Shown here one piece after another: positions 1 through 10,364 of a stretch of DNA of 64,000 bases (position 1 is the stretch's first letter; every line of letters begins with the position of its first letter). This DNA comes from Candidatus Saccharicenans sp. (GTDB lineage: Bacteria > Acidobacteriota > Aminicenantia > Aminicenantales > Saccharicenantaceae). Under the pieces are notes generated by a model. It made no database searches. It saw only the letters and a program-made list of their open reading frames with translations, and was not told where the DNA came from. Location: contig JASEFX010000008.1 of NCBI GenBank assembly GCA_030018265.1, positions 13,346 to 77,345 on the forward strand, given 5' to 3'. The position numbers were made by a program, and so were the translations under genes.

Positions 1-30
1 GAAAAGCCCGGGAAAAGTTATTCGGCTGTC

Positions 31-438
31 TCAGCTATTCTGTCTGGACAAAACTTCTCCCGTGGTGCTCTCGGGAACTTCAGTTGTCTGGCAGGTGGCT
101 TCGAGATAAGCTCCTTCTTCCACCACGAGCCTCGGCGTGATCAGCGTGCCAAACACCCGGCCCTTGCTGTGAACTTCAATCCTGTCCCTTGCCTGAAGGT
201 TACCTTTTATCTCTCCGTTAATAATTAACTGCCCGACCTTAACATCGGCTTCCACCTTTCCTTTTTCTCCCACGATCAGCATCGAATCAGAATTGATCTT
301 TCCCTGGAAATATCCTTCTATCCGGAAAGAACCCTTGAAATTCAATTCGCCTTTCAATTCAGTTCCATGGTCGATAAGACCGGCCAGCCGGGATTCATCG
401 ACAATCTCTCTCACTCTTTCTTTTTCTTTTTCTTTCAT
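31..438 (-). CDS. Bactofilin (DUF583-type) cytoskeletal protein
   Basis: 135-aa ORF with the repetitive beta-helix pattern of bactofilins (GSFRIEGYFQGKINSDSMLIVGEKGKVEADVKVGQLIINGEIKGNLQARDRIEVHSKGRVFG). Its start overlaps the parB stop by 4 nt. Confidence 0.85.
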   Translation of the reverse strand: MKEKEKERVREIVDESRLAGLIDHGTELKGELNFKGSFRIEGYFQGKINSDSMLIVGEKGKVEADVKVGQLIINGEIKGNLQARDRIEVHSKGRVFGTLITPRLVVEEGAYLEATCQTTEVPESTTGEVLSRQNS

Positions 439-1283
439 TGCCTGGCTCCTTTAAGCATATTATAAATTCGGTTTAAGTCATCCAGAGAAAAATAAAATAT
501 TTTTATGGCTCCCCTGTTGCGGTTGCCAGAGATGGCCACCTTTGTCCCGAGCAATCTGATCAGCTCTTCCTCCACTGCCCTCAGGTCCGGATCTTCAAAA
601 GATTTCTGAATTCTTGGTGGCTTTTCTTTGTATTTCTGAACCAGCTTTTCTGTCTCCCTGACGGAAAGCTGTTTCTCCACCACCAGCCGGGCCACCTGGA
701 GCTGGAGGTCGGCATCTTCCAGCGCCAGCAGTGCTTTTGCCTGCCCCATCGACAACTTTCCCTCAAGGATGAACTGCTTTATCTCCGGGTGCAGCTTCAA
801 AAGCCTCAGATAATTGGCGACCGAGGCTCTGTCCATCCCCACCCTTTCAGCAATTTCCTGCTGGGTTAGACCAAGCTCTGTACTCAACTGCTGAAACGCC
901 TGAGCGATTTCCAGCGGGTTCAGGTTTTCCCGGTGAATGTTTTCTATGATCTGGACTTCAAGTTCCTTCTCCCGGGGGAGATTTCTGATGATAACCGGGA
1001 CGGTGCGCAGGCCAGCCTTCTGAGCAGCCCTCCACCTTCTCTCGCCCACGACAATACGGTAATGGTCCTCTTCAGGAACCACCAAAATCGGCTGGATAAT
1101 TCCGGTCTCTTTAATGGATTTCGATAGCTCATCGATTGCCTGTTCATCGAAAATCGTTCTCGGCTGTTGAGGATTCGGCCGAACTTTTTCTATTTCGACC
1201 TCAGCGAAACGATCTTCCTTGAGAATCCCGAATTCCTCCGGGATAAAAGCTCCAAGACCTTTTCCGAGTCCTCTTTTGGTCAT
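435..1283 (-). CDS. parB: Chromosome partitioning protein ParB/Spo0J
   Basis: 282 aa. ParB box motif [16 protein letters not shown], an HTH region ([24 protein letters not shown]), and position directly downstream of parA. Confidence 0.95.
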   Translation of the reverse strand: MTKRGLGKGLGAFIPEEFGILKEDRFAEVEIEKVRPNPQQPRTIFDEQAIDELSKSIKETGIIQPILVVPEEDHYRIVVGERRWRAAQKAGLRTVPVIIRNLPREKELEVQIIENIHRENLNPLEIAQAFQQLSTELGLTQQEIAERVGMDRASVANYLRLLKLHPEIKQFILEGKLSMGQAKALLALEDADLQLQVARLVVEKQLSVRETEKLVQKYKEKPPRIQKSFEDPDLRAVEEELIRLLGTKVAISGNRNRGAIKIFYFSLDDLNRIYNMLKGARQ

Positions 1284-2035
1284 CTTTTAATCAACTCCTC
1301 TGCCAGGTTCATGTAGGCTTCAGCTCCCTTGGATTTCGGGTCATAGAGAATGACAGGTTTTCCGAAACTCGGAGCTTCAGCCAGACGCACACTTCGCGGT
1401 ATTATCGTGTTGAGGAGAACTCCCCTCAACGATTTTTTTATTTCCTCAGCCACCTGCCGCGAAAGATTAGTTCTTTCGTCGAACATCGTAAGAAGAATAC
1501 CTTCTATATAAAGCTGGGGATTAAAATAGGTCCGGACGATATCCAGCGTGTGAAAAAGGTCGGGAATTCCCTCCATACAGAAGAATTCTGCCTGGACCGG
1601 GATCAGGATAGAATCAGCAGCTGATAGAGCATTAATTGTCAGATACCCCAGGGATGGCGGGCAATCTATGAGAATAAAATTAAACAATTTTTTCACTTCC
1701 TGAATCGCGTTCTTGAGCTTCTTCTCTCTTCCTTCTGTATGATAAAGCTCAGCTTCTGCTCCGCTCATCTCGGGCGAACAACCGCACAGATACAGATTTT
1801 CAATCTCGGTCCTTGTGGCGCAATCGATAATATTCTGACCGTTGAGTAGCGCCTGATAAATGCCTTTCCCTTTCTCTTTTGGCCTCCCCAGACCCACCGT
1901 TGCCATACCCTGCGGGTCCATATCAACAATCAGGACCCTGAAGCTCTTAAGGGCCAGGGCAGCTCCAAGGTTAATCGTCGTGGTGGTTTTTCCCACGCCG
2001 CCTTTCTGATTGGCTATGGCTATTACCCTGTTCAT
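1280..2035 (-). CDS. parA: Chromosome partitioning ATPase ParA/Soj
   Basis: 251 aa. Deviant Walker [18 protein letters not shown]. 4-nt overlaps with both mnmG and parB. Confidence 0.95.
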   Translation of the reverse strand: MNRVIAIANQKGGVGKTTTTINLGAALALKSFRVLIVDMDPQGMATVGLGRPKEKGKGIYQALLNGQNIIDCATRTEIENLYLCGCSPEMSGAEAELYHTEGREKKLKNAIQEVKKLFNFILIDCPPSLGYLTINALSAADSILIPVQAEFFCMEGIPDLFHTLDIVRTYFNPQLYIEGILLTMFDERTNLSRQVAEEIKKSLRGVLLNTIIPRSVRLAEAPSFGKPVILYDPKSKGAEAYMNLAEELIKR

Positions 2036-3906
2036 CCATCCTCTTCCGATGTTCCACGTGGAACATTTTCCCCGAGGTCTTTCTTCCTGATGACCTCAAG
2101 GTATAGATAAATATTATAAACTGCTGCCGGCGTAATTCCAGAGATTTTTTTAACCTGACCGATGTTTTCAGGCCTGTGTTTTTCCAGCTTTTCTATCTGT
2201 TCCCTGGTTAATCCAGGAATCTCTCTGTAATTAAGGTCGGCCGGAATCGGCATCCTATCAAGTTTCATAATCCTGGCAATCTCTTTTTCCTGCTTTTTCA
2301 GATAACCTTCATATTTGACCTCAGACTCGATATACCTTATCTCCTCGGAAGACAGTTCAATTGGCAGTTTGAGTTTTTCTTCTAACATCTTCCAGGTGAT
2401 CCCGGGCTTCCTCAGATAATTGACGGCTGGAACCGAGTCGCCCTTCTCATCTTTCACCTTTTTCTGGCCTAAAAAATCCAGCGCATTATCAGTCCTCTTA
2501 ATTTTTTCCATGAAGCGATGGTATTCGCTTTCGCCTATCAAACCAAACCGGTATCCGTACGGGAGCAATCTCCTGTCAGCATTGTCTATCCTTAAATTGA
2601 GTCGGTACTCCGCCCTGGAAGTGAACAGCCGGTAAGGTTCGTCCACCCCAAGGGAAATCAGGTCGTCAATCAGAACTCCTATGTAAGCTTCATGCCTACC
2701 GAGTATAAAAGGCTCTTTTCCCCTTAGCTTCAAAACCGCGTTTATTCCCGCCATCAGCCCCTGGGCGGCGGCCTCTTCATAGCCAGAAGTGCCGTTTATC
2801 TGTCCGGCGAGATAAAGATTTTTTATTCTCCGTGTCTCAAGCGTCGGCATTAACTCCACCGGAGAAACCGCATCGTATTCAATCCCGTAAGCCGGTCTCA
2901 GTATCTTAGCTTCTTCCAGCCCTGAAATGGTCTTCAAAATTTCTTTCTGAACCTCATAGGGGAGACTGGAGGAAATCCCGTTAACGTATATTTCTGTGGT
3001 ATTCAGGCCCTCAGGCTCTAAAAAAAATTGATGCCGCGGATGGTGGGGGAATTTTACCACCTTGTCCTCAATTGAAGGACAATATCTTGGACCTATGCCT
3101 TTTATTCTGCCGCTGTAGAGAGGGGATTTATCCAGATTTTTCCTTATTACCTCATGAGTTTTCTCGTTGGTATAGCCGACATAACAGACAATCAGGTTCC
3201 GGAGGGGTCGCTCGGTTCTGAAGGAAAACGGCACCGGGTCTTCGTCACCGGGCTGAGGCCTGAATTTCTCCCAGTCAATACTGTTTTTATCCAGTCTCAT
3301 AGGAGTGCCGGTTTTCAACCTTAAAATCTTAAACCCTGCCTCTCTAAGCCACTGAGCCAGCTCCACCGCCGGAGGTTCGTTGGCCCTGCCAGCTGGATAG
3401 CTGCGCAGGCCGATATGAATCAGGCCGTTAAGAAATGTGCCGGGGGTAAGGATGACCGCTCGAGCTCCGATAGCCGTGCCATCCTGACAGACGACACCGG
3501 CAGCCTTCCCATCTTGCACTATCACGCCCGTCACCACCGCCTGAAAAATTCTCAAGTTTTTTATTTCTTCCAGCCATTTTTTCATCGTCAGGCGGTAAGC
3601 AGCCTTGTCGCACTGGGCCCTTGGACCCTGAACAGCCCCTCCCCGGCTTCTGTTAAGGAGACGGAAATGAATTCCGGTTTCGTCAGCCAGAAGCCCCATT
3701 ATTCCGCCAAGGGCATCTATTTCCCGGACCAGATGCCCTTTGGCCAGACCGCCGATCGCCGGGTTGCAGGACATTTGAGCGATCGTTTCCAGGTGTATCG
3801 TGATCAGGCAGGTGGATGCACCCATCTTAGCGGCCGTAGCCGCCGCCTCACAGCCGGCATGCCCGGCCCCCACCACCACCACATCATACTCTTCGACGAA
3901 CGGCAT
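2032..3906 (-). CDS. mnmG: tRNA uridine 5-carboxymethylaminomethyl modification enzyme MnmG (GidA)
   Basis: 624 aa. N-terminal FAD fold [16 protein letters not shown]. Full-length GidA-like sequence and synteny with mnmE. Confidence 0.95.
   Translation of the reverse strand: MPFVEEYDVVVVGAGHAGCEAAATAAKMGASTCLITIHLETIAQMSCNPAIGGLAKGHLVREIDALGGIMGLLADETGIHFRLLNRSRGGAVQGPRAQCDKAAYRLTMKKWLEEIKNLRIFQAVVTGVIVQDGKAAGVVCQDGTAIGARAVILTPGTFLNGLIHIGLRSYPAGRANEPPAVELAQWLREAGFKILRLKTGTPMRLDKNSIDWEKFRPQPGDEDPVPFSFRTERPLRNLIVCYVGYTNEKTHEVIRKNLDKSPLYSGRIKGIGPRYCPSIEDKVVKFPHHPRHQFFLEPEGLNTTEIYVNGISSSLPYEVQKEILKTISGLEEAKILRPAYGIEYDAVSPVELMPTLETRRIKNLYLAGQINGTSGYEEAAAQGLMAGINAVLKLRGKEPFILGRHEAYIGVLIDDLISLGVDEPYRLFTSRAEYRLNLRIDNADRRLLPYGYRFGLIGESEYHRFMEKIKRTDNALDFLGQKKVKDEKGDSVPAVNYLRKPGITWKMLEEKLKLPIELSSEEIRYIESEVKYEGYLKKQEKEIARIMKLDRMPIPADLNYREIPGLTREQIEKLEKHRPENIGQVKKISGITPAAVYNIYLYLEVIRKKDLGENVPRGTSEEDG
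2050..2065. promoter_or_regulatory. parS centromere-like site (TGTTCCACGTGGAACA)
   Basis: Perfect 16-bp palindrome that differs from the TGTTTCACGTGAAACA consensus only at one symmetric position pair. It is identical to the palindromic parS recalled for Pseudomonas. It lies 15 nt upstream of the parA start, inside the last codons of mnmG (..[12 protein letters not shown]). Confidence 0.75.
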
Positions 3907-3911
3907 CTGCG

Positions 3912-5288
3912 TTATTTCCCTATACAGAAAGTATTGAATATTTGTTCGAGAACTTCCTGGCTCCTTATTTCACCCGTAAGCTGTCCGAACAACGGCAGGC
4001 TCTCCCGTATGGTTTCAGCGATCAGTTCTTCCCCGAACCCCTCTTCCAGCATTATCTGCGCTTTTTGAAGAACCTCCCTCGCGCGCTCGAGAAGAATTTT
4101 CTGGCGCCCATGGAGGATGACCTCGTCCTGTTTCTCGGCTTTTGGCCCGAAAATTTCGAGCATGGATTTTCTAAGTCGGTCGATGTTATAACCCGTCAGC
4201 GCAGAAACCTCTATAAAAGGCGCTCCTGGCGCTTTGCTAAAAATTTTTTCCCTGTCGGCTGCCGGAGGGAGATCTGACTTGTTAAAAACCAGAATTTTCT
4301 TTTTTCCACTGAATCTGTCCAGAATTTCCAGATCTTCTTGATTTTCTCTGACGGAAGCATCCAGCACTACCAGCAAACCATCAGCATTTTCGGCTAACTT
4401 CTGTCCTCTGGCCATTCCTTCCTCTTCGACCGGATGAGTCGCCTGTCCGAACCCGGCCATATCGATCAGCTTCATCAGCACTCCATCAACCTGAATGTTT
4501 TCCCTGATGAAATCCCTGGTGGTTCCGGGAAAAGGAGCTACTATCGCCCTGTCCTCTTCGAGGAGCGCGTTAAAAAGGGTGGATTTGCCGACGTTCGTCC
4601 GGCCGACGATGGCTATCGTCAGCCCTTCCATAAGAGCTCTGCCTCTCTCGTATGATCTAATAAGATTATCGAGATGCGTGATTACGGTCGAGACCGCTTC
4701 CCTCAATTGATCCCCTGATACCTCATGTTCTTCCTCAGGAAATTCCAGCGCGGTTTCCAGCAGAACAAGAAGGTCAACTATTTTTTCTCTCAGGCCGGCA
4801 ATTTTTTTAGAAAGGCTGCCCTCAAGCTGCCTGAAAGAAATTTTTGCCTGGTCGAGCGAGCAGGCCCGGATCAGGTCGTTGATGGCTTCAGCCTGGATTA
4901 TATCGAAGCGCCCGTTGAGGTAAGCCCGGAGGGTGAATTCCCCCGGGTTTGCCTGTCTGGCACCGGCTCTTATCCCCATCCTCACCGCTTCTGCCAGCAA
5001 AACAGGCGACCCGTGAAGATAAATTTCCACCACTTCTTCTCTGGTGTAAGAAATCGCAGACGGAAAATAACAGAGATACCCGACATCGAGAGTTTCCCCG
5101 ACCTCTCTGTCAACAAGGTAACCGAAATGCATTCTCCGCGGGAAGATTTCCTGGCTGGATTCCTTCAGAGAAAAAATTCCCCTGGCCACCTCCAGGGCTT
5201 CCGGACCGCTGATCCTGATTATTCCAATCCCTCCGGCTCCCGGAGGAGTGGAAATGGCAATGATGGTGTCCTGAAGACTTTGATTCAT
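3912..5288 (-). CDS. mnmE: tRNA modification GTPase MnmE (TrmE)
   Basis: 458 aa. G1 motif [14 protein letters not shown] and the C-terminal FCIGK tetrapeptide characteristic of MnmE. Confidence 0.95.
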   Translation of the reverse strand: MNQSLQDTIIAISTPPGAGGIGIIRISGPEALEVARGIFSLKESSQEIFPRRMHFGYLVDREVGETLDVGYLCYFPSAISYTREEVVEIYLHGSPVLLAEAVRMGIRAGARQANPGEFTLRAYLNGRFDIIQAEAINDLIRACSLDQAKISFRQLEGSLSKKIAGLREKIVDLLVLLETALEFPEEEHEVSGDQLREAVSTVITHLDNLIRSYERGRALMEGLTIAIVGRTNVGKSTLFNALLEEDRAIVAPFPGTTRDFIRENIQVDGVLMKLIDMAGFGQATHPVEEEGMARGQKLAENADGLLVVLDASVRENQEDLEILDRFSGKKKILVFNKSDLPPAADREKIFSKAPGAPFIEVSALTGYNIDRLRKSMLEIFGPKAEKQDEVILHGRQKILLERAREVLQKAQIMLEEGFGEELIAETIRESLPLFGQLTGEIRSQEVLEQIFNTFCIGK

Positions 5289-5344
5289 AAGAATATTTTA
5301 ACCGGAGATGCCTGGATAGTAAATTCAGCCGTCAGCTGGCTTCG

Positions 5345-6022
5345 TCAGTTCTCTTCAAGCCGCCGTTTCTGGCTGTCGTCTGAAATCGGGTAAACTCTGA
5401 CTTTTTTTAAGAATCCTTCGCCCAGGCTTTCCGTAGTTACTCCAGAAATCTGATTGACCGTCAGATGGATAATGCGCCTTTCATAAGGATTCATAAAGTC
5501 GAGTATCTCTTCCTCTCCGGTCTCTTTGACTTTCTGAGCTACCTGCTGGGCAAACTCCCGCAGCTGCTTTTCCTTCCGGCGTCTGAAAAATTCGCAGTCG
5601 GCCTGAACTTTCTGATTGGCAATTTTGTTCAGAATGTGCTGAATCGCCAGGAGCAGAGCGCCATCATTTTTCAGCAGCATTTTCCGGTCCTGACCGTCAA
5701 AAACCACGTAAATCATCTGGTCTTTCTTTTTTATCTGGTAGGAAAGTTTCAGCGGAAAAACCTTCATAAGTTCTCTCAGAAACCTGCTCACCGGTTCAGT
5801 TTCATCGTCTCTCTTCGGCCAGGCCCTGATGACTATTTCTTTGTTTTTCAGGCCAAACAGCTTGGTTTTTTCGGTAACGATCTCATAGTTAAACTGCTCT
5901 CGCGGGAGCTTCAGCACGTGCTCCGCATGGCTGAGCACATCTTCGAGCGTTCTTCCTTTAAATTCTTTTTTTTCAACAATTTGCGTCTGTTCAGGTTGAT
6001 TATTTTTTTCTTCTTTTTCCAT
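5345..6022 (-). CDS. jag: Jag/KhpB-type RNA-binding protein (Jag_N-KH-R3H)
   Basis: 225 aa. Conserved position downstream of yidC and an R3H-like C-terminus (NPYERRIIHLTV). Overlaps the yidC 3' end by 23 nt, so the start is uncertain. Confidence 0.8.
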   Translation of the reverse strand: MEKEEKNNQPEQTQIVEKKEFKGRTLEDVLSHAEHVLKLPREQFNYEIVTEKTKLFGLKNKEIVIRAWPKRDDETEPVSRFLRELMKVFPLKLSYQIKKKDQMIYVVFDGQDRKMLLKNDGALLLAIQHILNKIANQKVQADCEFFRRRKEKQLREFAQQVAQKVKETGEEEILDFMNPYERRIIHLTVNQISGVTTESLGEGFLKKVRVYPISDDSQKRRLEEN

Positions 6023-7706
6023 CAGACTCCCTCTTGCGGGCCATCATTTTGTTCATAATGGCTTGCTGAGCTATTTGCAGCACATTATTCGTCAGCCAGT
6101 ACAGCACCAGCCCGGCCTGAAAGTTCATAAATAAAATGGTGAAGATAAAGGGCATCAGCATCATCATCTTCTGCTGGGCCGGGTCGCTGGTTGAAGGCGT
6201 CATTTTTTGAGAAATAAACTGCGTTACGCCCATCAAAATCGGCGTCACGTAATAAGGATCGCGCACCGAGAGGTCCTTGATCCAGAAGATAAACGGGCTG
6301 TGACGGAATTCCACCGCAACCACTAACATCCGGAAGAATCCCCAGAATATCGGCAGCTGGATGAGCAGCGGCAAACAGCCGCTCGCCGGGTTGATCCCGT
6401 GCTCCTTGTAAAGGCGCATGAGCTCTTCATTCATCTGCCTTCTCTGCTCCAGGTCCTGTTTTGCTCTTTTATACTTTGCCCGAAGAGCTTTAATCTTCGG
6501 CTGCAGCTCGGCCATCCTGGCCATCGATCTGGTGGAGCTGTAGGTCAGCGGGAAGAAAAGAATTTTTATGATGAGGGTCATTATTATAATGGCCACTCCC
6601 CAGTTTGGAATAAGTCCGTAAAAATACCTGGTGGCCAGAAGAAGCAGCTCGGCTATCCCGCCAGAGAAACCAAAATTTATTATTTTCTTCGTGCTGTGAC
6701 CGTAGGCCTTCAGACGGCTGTATTCTTTCGGCCCGATATAAGCTCCCCCTGGCCGGCTGACAGCCAGATAAAAATACGGAACAACGGTGGTTTTGCCATC
6801 AGGCCGCTGCTCGCTTATTTCCTGCTTAAAGGCGAAAGCCTGCCCCTGAGCTTTCTCCAGCAGGAAGATCGCCGCAAAATAATTTTCTTCATAAGCGGCC
6901 CAGTCCAATCCCTCATACCGGCTGGCTTCTTTCTCCGGGGTTATTTTTTTCTCCTGCAGCCTGAATACTTTTCCCTCGCGGCTGCTGAAAAAAGCTGCGC
7001 CGCGGGCCGCGCTGAATCTTTCCTTGAGCTCCTCCGGGCCGGGAGTCCCGATCCCGGGTCCCCACAGCAGAACCGGCTCGGCCTCCTTCCCGCCCACCTG
7101 GAGATCCACCTTTATCCCGAAATTGTACTCCAGCCCGTTAAAAGTTAACTGTTTTCTTACTTTAATATTATTCCCATCGGAATACTCAAACACGAGCGAG
7201 GCTGAACCATCAGGGCCGAGCTTAAGGTCACCTCCTTCGACCCGGTAAAGTGACCGGTTGGCTTTTTCCATTAAATTATCGTCTTCAAGCTTAAGGGCGA
7301 GCGGATACAGGCCGGTTCTGGAAGCATCCTCCGGCACCAGGTCGAGCGGCTCGCGGGCAGGATTCTTTCTGTCAGGAAGCTTTTTTAAATGGTTTTTCAG
7401 CTGCCAGCTGATAAGAACGCCTCCGCGATTGCTCCAGACCGCCCGGTAAAGGGGTGTTTCGACGGTAATCGTCTGTTCCTCTTCCGCGGCCACTTCCTGC
7501 CCGGATATCGCCGGCTCTGTTTTTTCCTTTTCACCTGCCGTAGCTTTCGCTTCCGGAGATTCTGATTCAGCTGAAACAGATTTTTCTACGACGGCAGTTT
7601 CCGGCGGCAAAGACTCAGCCGGCCTGTGCGGTTTGATAAAAATTAACTGGTAAAGAAAAAGCACTAAAAAGGAAAGAAAAATGGCCAGGATAAGTCTCTT
7701 TTCCAT
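6000..7706 (-). CDS. yidC: Membrane protein insertase YidC (long, diderm type with periplasmic domain)
   Basis: 568 aa. N-terminal TM helix, large periplasmic domain, and a C-terminal 5-TM insertase core (GCLPLLIQLPIFWGFF...). Confidence 0.95.
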   Translation of the reverse strand: MEKRLILAIFLSFLVLFLYQLIFIKPHRPAESLPPETAVVEKSVSAESESPEAKATAGEKEKTEPAISGQEVAAEEEQTITVETPLYRAVWSNRGGVLISWQLKNHLKKLPDRKNPAREPLDLVPEDASRTGLYPLALKLEDDNLMEKANRSLYRVEGGDLKLGPDGSASLVFEYSDGNNIKVRKQLTFNGLEYNFGIKVDLQVGGKEAEPVLLWGPGIGTPGPEELKERFSAARGAAFFSSREGKVFRLQEKKITPEKEASRYEGLDWAAYEENYFAAIFLLEKAQGQAFAFKQEISEQRPDGKTTVVPYFYLAVSRPGGAYIGPKEYSRLKAYGHSTKKIINFGFSGGIAELLLLATRYFYGLIPNWGVAIIIMTLIIKILFFPLTYSSTRSMARMAELQPKIKALRAKYKRAKQDLEQRRQMNEELMRLYKEHGINPASGCLPLLIQLPIFWGFFRMLVVAVEFRHSPFIFWIKDLSVRDPYYVTPILMGVTQFISQKMTPSTSDPAQQKMMMLMPFIFTILFMNFQAGLVLYWLTNNVLQIAQQAIMNKMMARKRESDGKRRKK

Positions 7707-7715
7707 ATTTTCCTC

Positions 7716-7928
7716 TCAGGGCACCGGGTCAAAACCCCCGGGATGCCAGGGGTGGCAGCGCAGAAGTCTCCTGCTCCCCAGCCAGCAGCCTTTCAGAAAG
7801 CCATATTTTTTTATCGCCTCGTATGTGTACTCAGAACAGCTCGGATAAAAACGACACCGGCTTCCAAGCAAAGGCGAAATAAGAAGCTGATAGGCTTTTA
7901 TCAGCCCGAGGGCAATGTATTTCATCAA
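7716..7928 (-). CDS. yidD: Membrane protein insertion efficiency factor YidD
   Basis: 70 aa. Signature [10 protein letters not shown]. Sits between rnpA and yidC. Confidence 0.9.
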   Translation of the reverse strand: MMKYIALGLIKAYQLLISPLLGSRCRFYPSCSEYTYEAIKKYGFLKGCWLGSRRLLRCHPWHPGGFDPVP

Positions 7929-8293
7929 GTGCTCCGTTTTTCAAATCCTGAGCCGGAAGAAAGCTTCCTGGCCACTTCAAAAAACTCCGCTTCCACCTCG
8001 GCCCTCTGGCTGCCGGCCATCTCCTTCTGAGCAATAAAAATCAGATCCAGCGGCTGAGGCCAGAGGCTCTTATTCCGGCGAAAAATTTCCCGGAACCATC
8101 GCTTTATCCTGTTTCTAACCGTGGCCTTGCCAACCTTACGGCTGACCACCACGGCCATCCGGGAAAATTCAAGCCCGTTCGGCATAAATACCAGATGAAA
8201 ATATCTGCCTCTTATCCGGCGCCCCTTCCTGAATAATTCGCTAAAATCCTTTTTCCGGCGGATTCTTTCATCAGGTCTCAGGCGCTCATTCAT
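7925..8293 (-). CDS. rnpA: Ribonuclease P protein component
   Basis: 122 aa, basic protein immediately downstream of rpmH (1-nt overlap). Confidence 0.9.
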   Translation of the reverse strand: MNERLRPDERIRRKKDFSELFRKGRRIRGRYFHLVFMPNGLEFSRMAVVVSRKVGKATVRNRIKRWFREIFRRNKSLWPQPLDLIFIAQKEMAGSQRAEVEAEFFEVARKLSSGSGFEKRST

Positions 8294-8427
8294 CAGACCG
8301 CAAGTCTCTTGCGACCCTTAGCCCTTCTTCTTTTTATAACTTTCTGGCCACCTTTGGTGCGCATTCTGACCAGAAAGCCATGTGTTCTCTTTCTCCTGCG
8401 GTTGTTCGGCTGAAACGTTCTCTTCAT
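8293..8427 (-). CDS. rpmH: 50S ribosomal protein L34
   Basis: Hand translation of the minus strand gives [44 protein letters not shown] (44 aa), a classic L34. It is below the ORF-track length cutoff. Confidence 0.95.
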   Translation of the reverse strand: MKRTFQPNNRRRKRTHGFLVRMRTKGGQKVIKRRRAKGRKRLAV

Positions 8428-8527
8428 GGTCTACTCTCACCAGCAGATTTAAGCTTGTATCTTAAACGAAGACAAGCAGTTCTGTCAAGTGCCGGCATTC
8501 TGTGCTCCTGACCCGGCCCGGGCTGGT

Positions 8528-8556
8528 TTGACTATAAACCCCGGTTAGAATATAAT
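8528..8556 (+). promoter_or_regulatory. Sigma-70-type promoter of carD (TTGACT-N17-TATAAT)
   Basis: -35 at 8528-8533 and -10 at 8551-8556. Only 10 nt separate the -10 from the carD ATG (8567), and there is no Shine-Dalgarno. Confidence 0.55.
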
Positions 8557-8566
8557 TTAAATTGAA

Positions 8567-9085
8567 ATGCACTCACTCAAAGTCGGAGATAAAGTCATCT
8601 ATCCCGCCCAGGGAATTGGCATCATAGAAAACATTCAGGAAGAAATATTCGACGGGCAGGTCGTTCGCACTTTTTACATCCGACTTCAGAACAACAACAC
8701 GCTGGTGGTCATTCCGAGCTCGTCAGCCGCAGAAATAGGGCTGCGCAAGCCCGTTTCCCAGAAGGACGCCAACAAACTATTCAACTTCATTAAAAAATGC
8801 TCGGTGGACATAAGCGCTGACTGGAAAGACCGTTACCGGGAAAATTTCGAGATGATGAAATCCGGCCATCTGGAAGACATCGCCCAGGTTTTCAAAATGC
8901 TTTTCCTCCTCAGCCAGGTGAAGCCTCTGTCCTTCAGAGAGAAAAAGATGCTGGAAAAATCCCGGGAACTGATCATCAGCGAACTTGCCGCATCTTCCGG
9001 GCTCTCCCCGGAGAAAATCAACGAGAAACTCGATCGGTGCCTGGCCAGCTGTCTTAAAAACCTGAAGACAGGACCGGTCGTCTGA
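8567..9085 (+). CDS. carD: CarD/CdnL-family RNA polymerase-binding transcription regulator
   Basis: 172 aa. N-terminal Tudor-like CarD_CdnL_TRCF pattern (KVGDKVIYPAQGIGIIENI...). Confidence 0.85.
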   Translation: MHSLKVGDKVIYPAQGIGIIENIQEEIFDGQVVRTFYIRLQNNNTLVVIPSSSAAEIGLRKPVSQKDANKLFNFIKKCSVDISADWKDRYRENFEMMKSGHLEDIAQVFKMLFLLSQVKPLSFREKKMLEKSRELIISELAASSGLSPEKINEKLDRCLASCLKNLKTGPVV

Positions 9086-9095
9086 TTTTCACCCG

Positions 9096-10364
9096 ATGCT
9101 GACTCAAGTTGGCCTGTTCGTGCTTTTTCTGGCGCTGAGCGCTTTTTTCTCTTCGTCTGAAACCGCTTTCCTTTCAGTTAACCCGCTCAAGCTCGAATAT
9201 CTCGAATCCAGGGGTTCGGCGCGTGCCCGCCTCTTAAAAAAGGTTATGAACAGATTGAGCGAGTTGCTTTCGACGATTCTGATCGGTAACACCCTGGTAA
9301 ACACTGCCGCCGCTTCCATAGCCACTTCAATCTTCGTCAAACTCTGCCCCGATCCGAACAGGGCGGTTATTCTGGCCACCCTCACCACCACCGTGCTGAT
9401 TCTGATTTTTGCCGAAATCACCCCGAAGACCCTGGCCGCCTACCAGCCGATGCCGGTGGCCTCGATTTTTGTATATCCGATCAGGTTGCTGCTTTACATT
9501 TTCTATCCGCTCAACCGTGTTTTTTCTTTGCTGACACATCTTTTCCTGCCGCGCGAGGAACGCCTGCGTCAACCGCGGGAGACTCAGGTTTCAGAAGAAG
9601 AGGCCAGGGTGTTGATTCGCTCCGGTATTCCGGGGCTCTCCCGACTAAGAAGAAAAATGCTCTTTGGAGTTCTGGACCTCAACCGCCGGCCGGTTAAGGA
9701 AATTATGATCCCCAGAACCCAGGTCCGCGCGATCAATATCAAAGCGCCGCTTCCGGAAGTGGTGCAGATTATCCAGGAAAGCGGCTTTTCCAGATATCCT
9801 GTTTATCGTGAGTCGACCGACAGCATCGAAGGAATTGTCCATGCGAAGGACATTCTTCCGTTCGTCCAATCTCCGGCCGGTTTTGACCTCGCCCGTCTCC
9901 TGCGGAAACCCTTTTTTGTCCCGGAGCTCGCCAGCATCGAGCAGGTTCTCCTTCAGATGCAGGAAAGGGCGATGCACATGGCACTGGTGGTGGACGAATT
10001 CGGAAGCTTCGAGGGGATAGTCACCCTTGAAGACATTATCGAAGAAATAGTCGGTGATATTCGCGACGAATACGACCGGAAGACCGAATCCTGGTACCAG
10101 AAGATCAGTGACCGTGAGTTCCTGATCAAAGGCACAGCCACCATAAAAGAAATAAACGAAACGCTCAACCTGGGAATTCCGGAAAAAAAGGACTATACTA
10201 CGCTGGCCGGTGTTTTCATCTACCATTTCGGACATCTGCCAGCTGAGAAGGACACAATCAGGCTTGATTCGATGGAGTTCACGGTGGAAAAAATGAGCCG
10301 CCGCCATCTCAGTCTCATACGGGTTAAACTCCTCCCTGAATCTCAGGAAGGTCAGGACAGATGA
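9096..10364 (+). CDS. CNNM/TlyC-family membrane protein (DUF21 + CBS pair + CorC_HlyC)
   Basis: 422 aa. N-terminal 4-TM DUF21, a CBS region (IMIPRTQV...SGFSRYPVY), and a C-terminal transporter-associated domain. Confidence 0.85.
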   Translation: MLTQVGLFVLFLALSAFFSSSETAFLSVNPLKLEYLESRGSARARLLKKVMNRLSELLSTILIGNTLVNTAAASIATSIFVKLCPDPNRAVILATLTTTVLILIFAEITPKTLAAYQPMPVASIFVYPIRLLLYIFYPLNRVFSLLTHLFLPREERLRQPRETQVSEEEARVLIRSGIPGLSRLRRKMLFGVLDLNRRPVKEIMIPRTQVRAINIKAPLPEVVQIIQESGFSRYPVYRESTDSIEGIVHAKDILPFVQSPAGFDLARLLRKPFFVPELASIEQVLLQMQERAMHMALVVDEFGSFEGIVTLEDIIEEIVGDIRDEYDRKTESWYQKISDREFLIKGTATIKEINETLNLGIPEKKDYTTLAGVFIYHFGHLPAEKDTIRLDSMEFTVEKMSRRHLSLIRVKLLPESQEGQDR

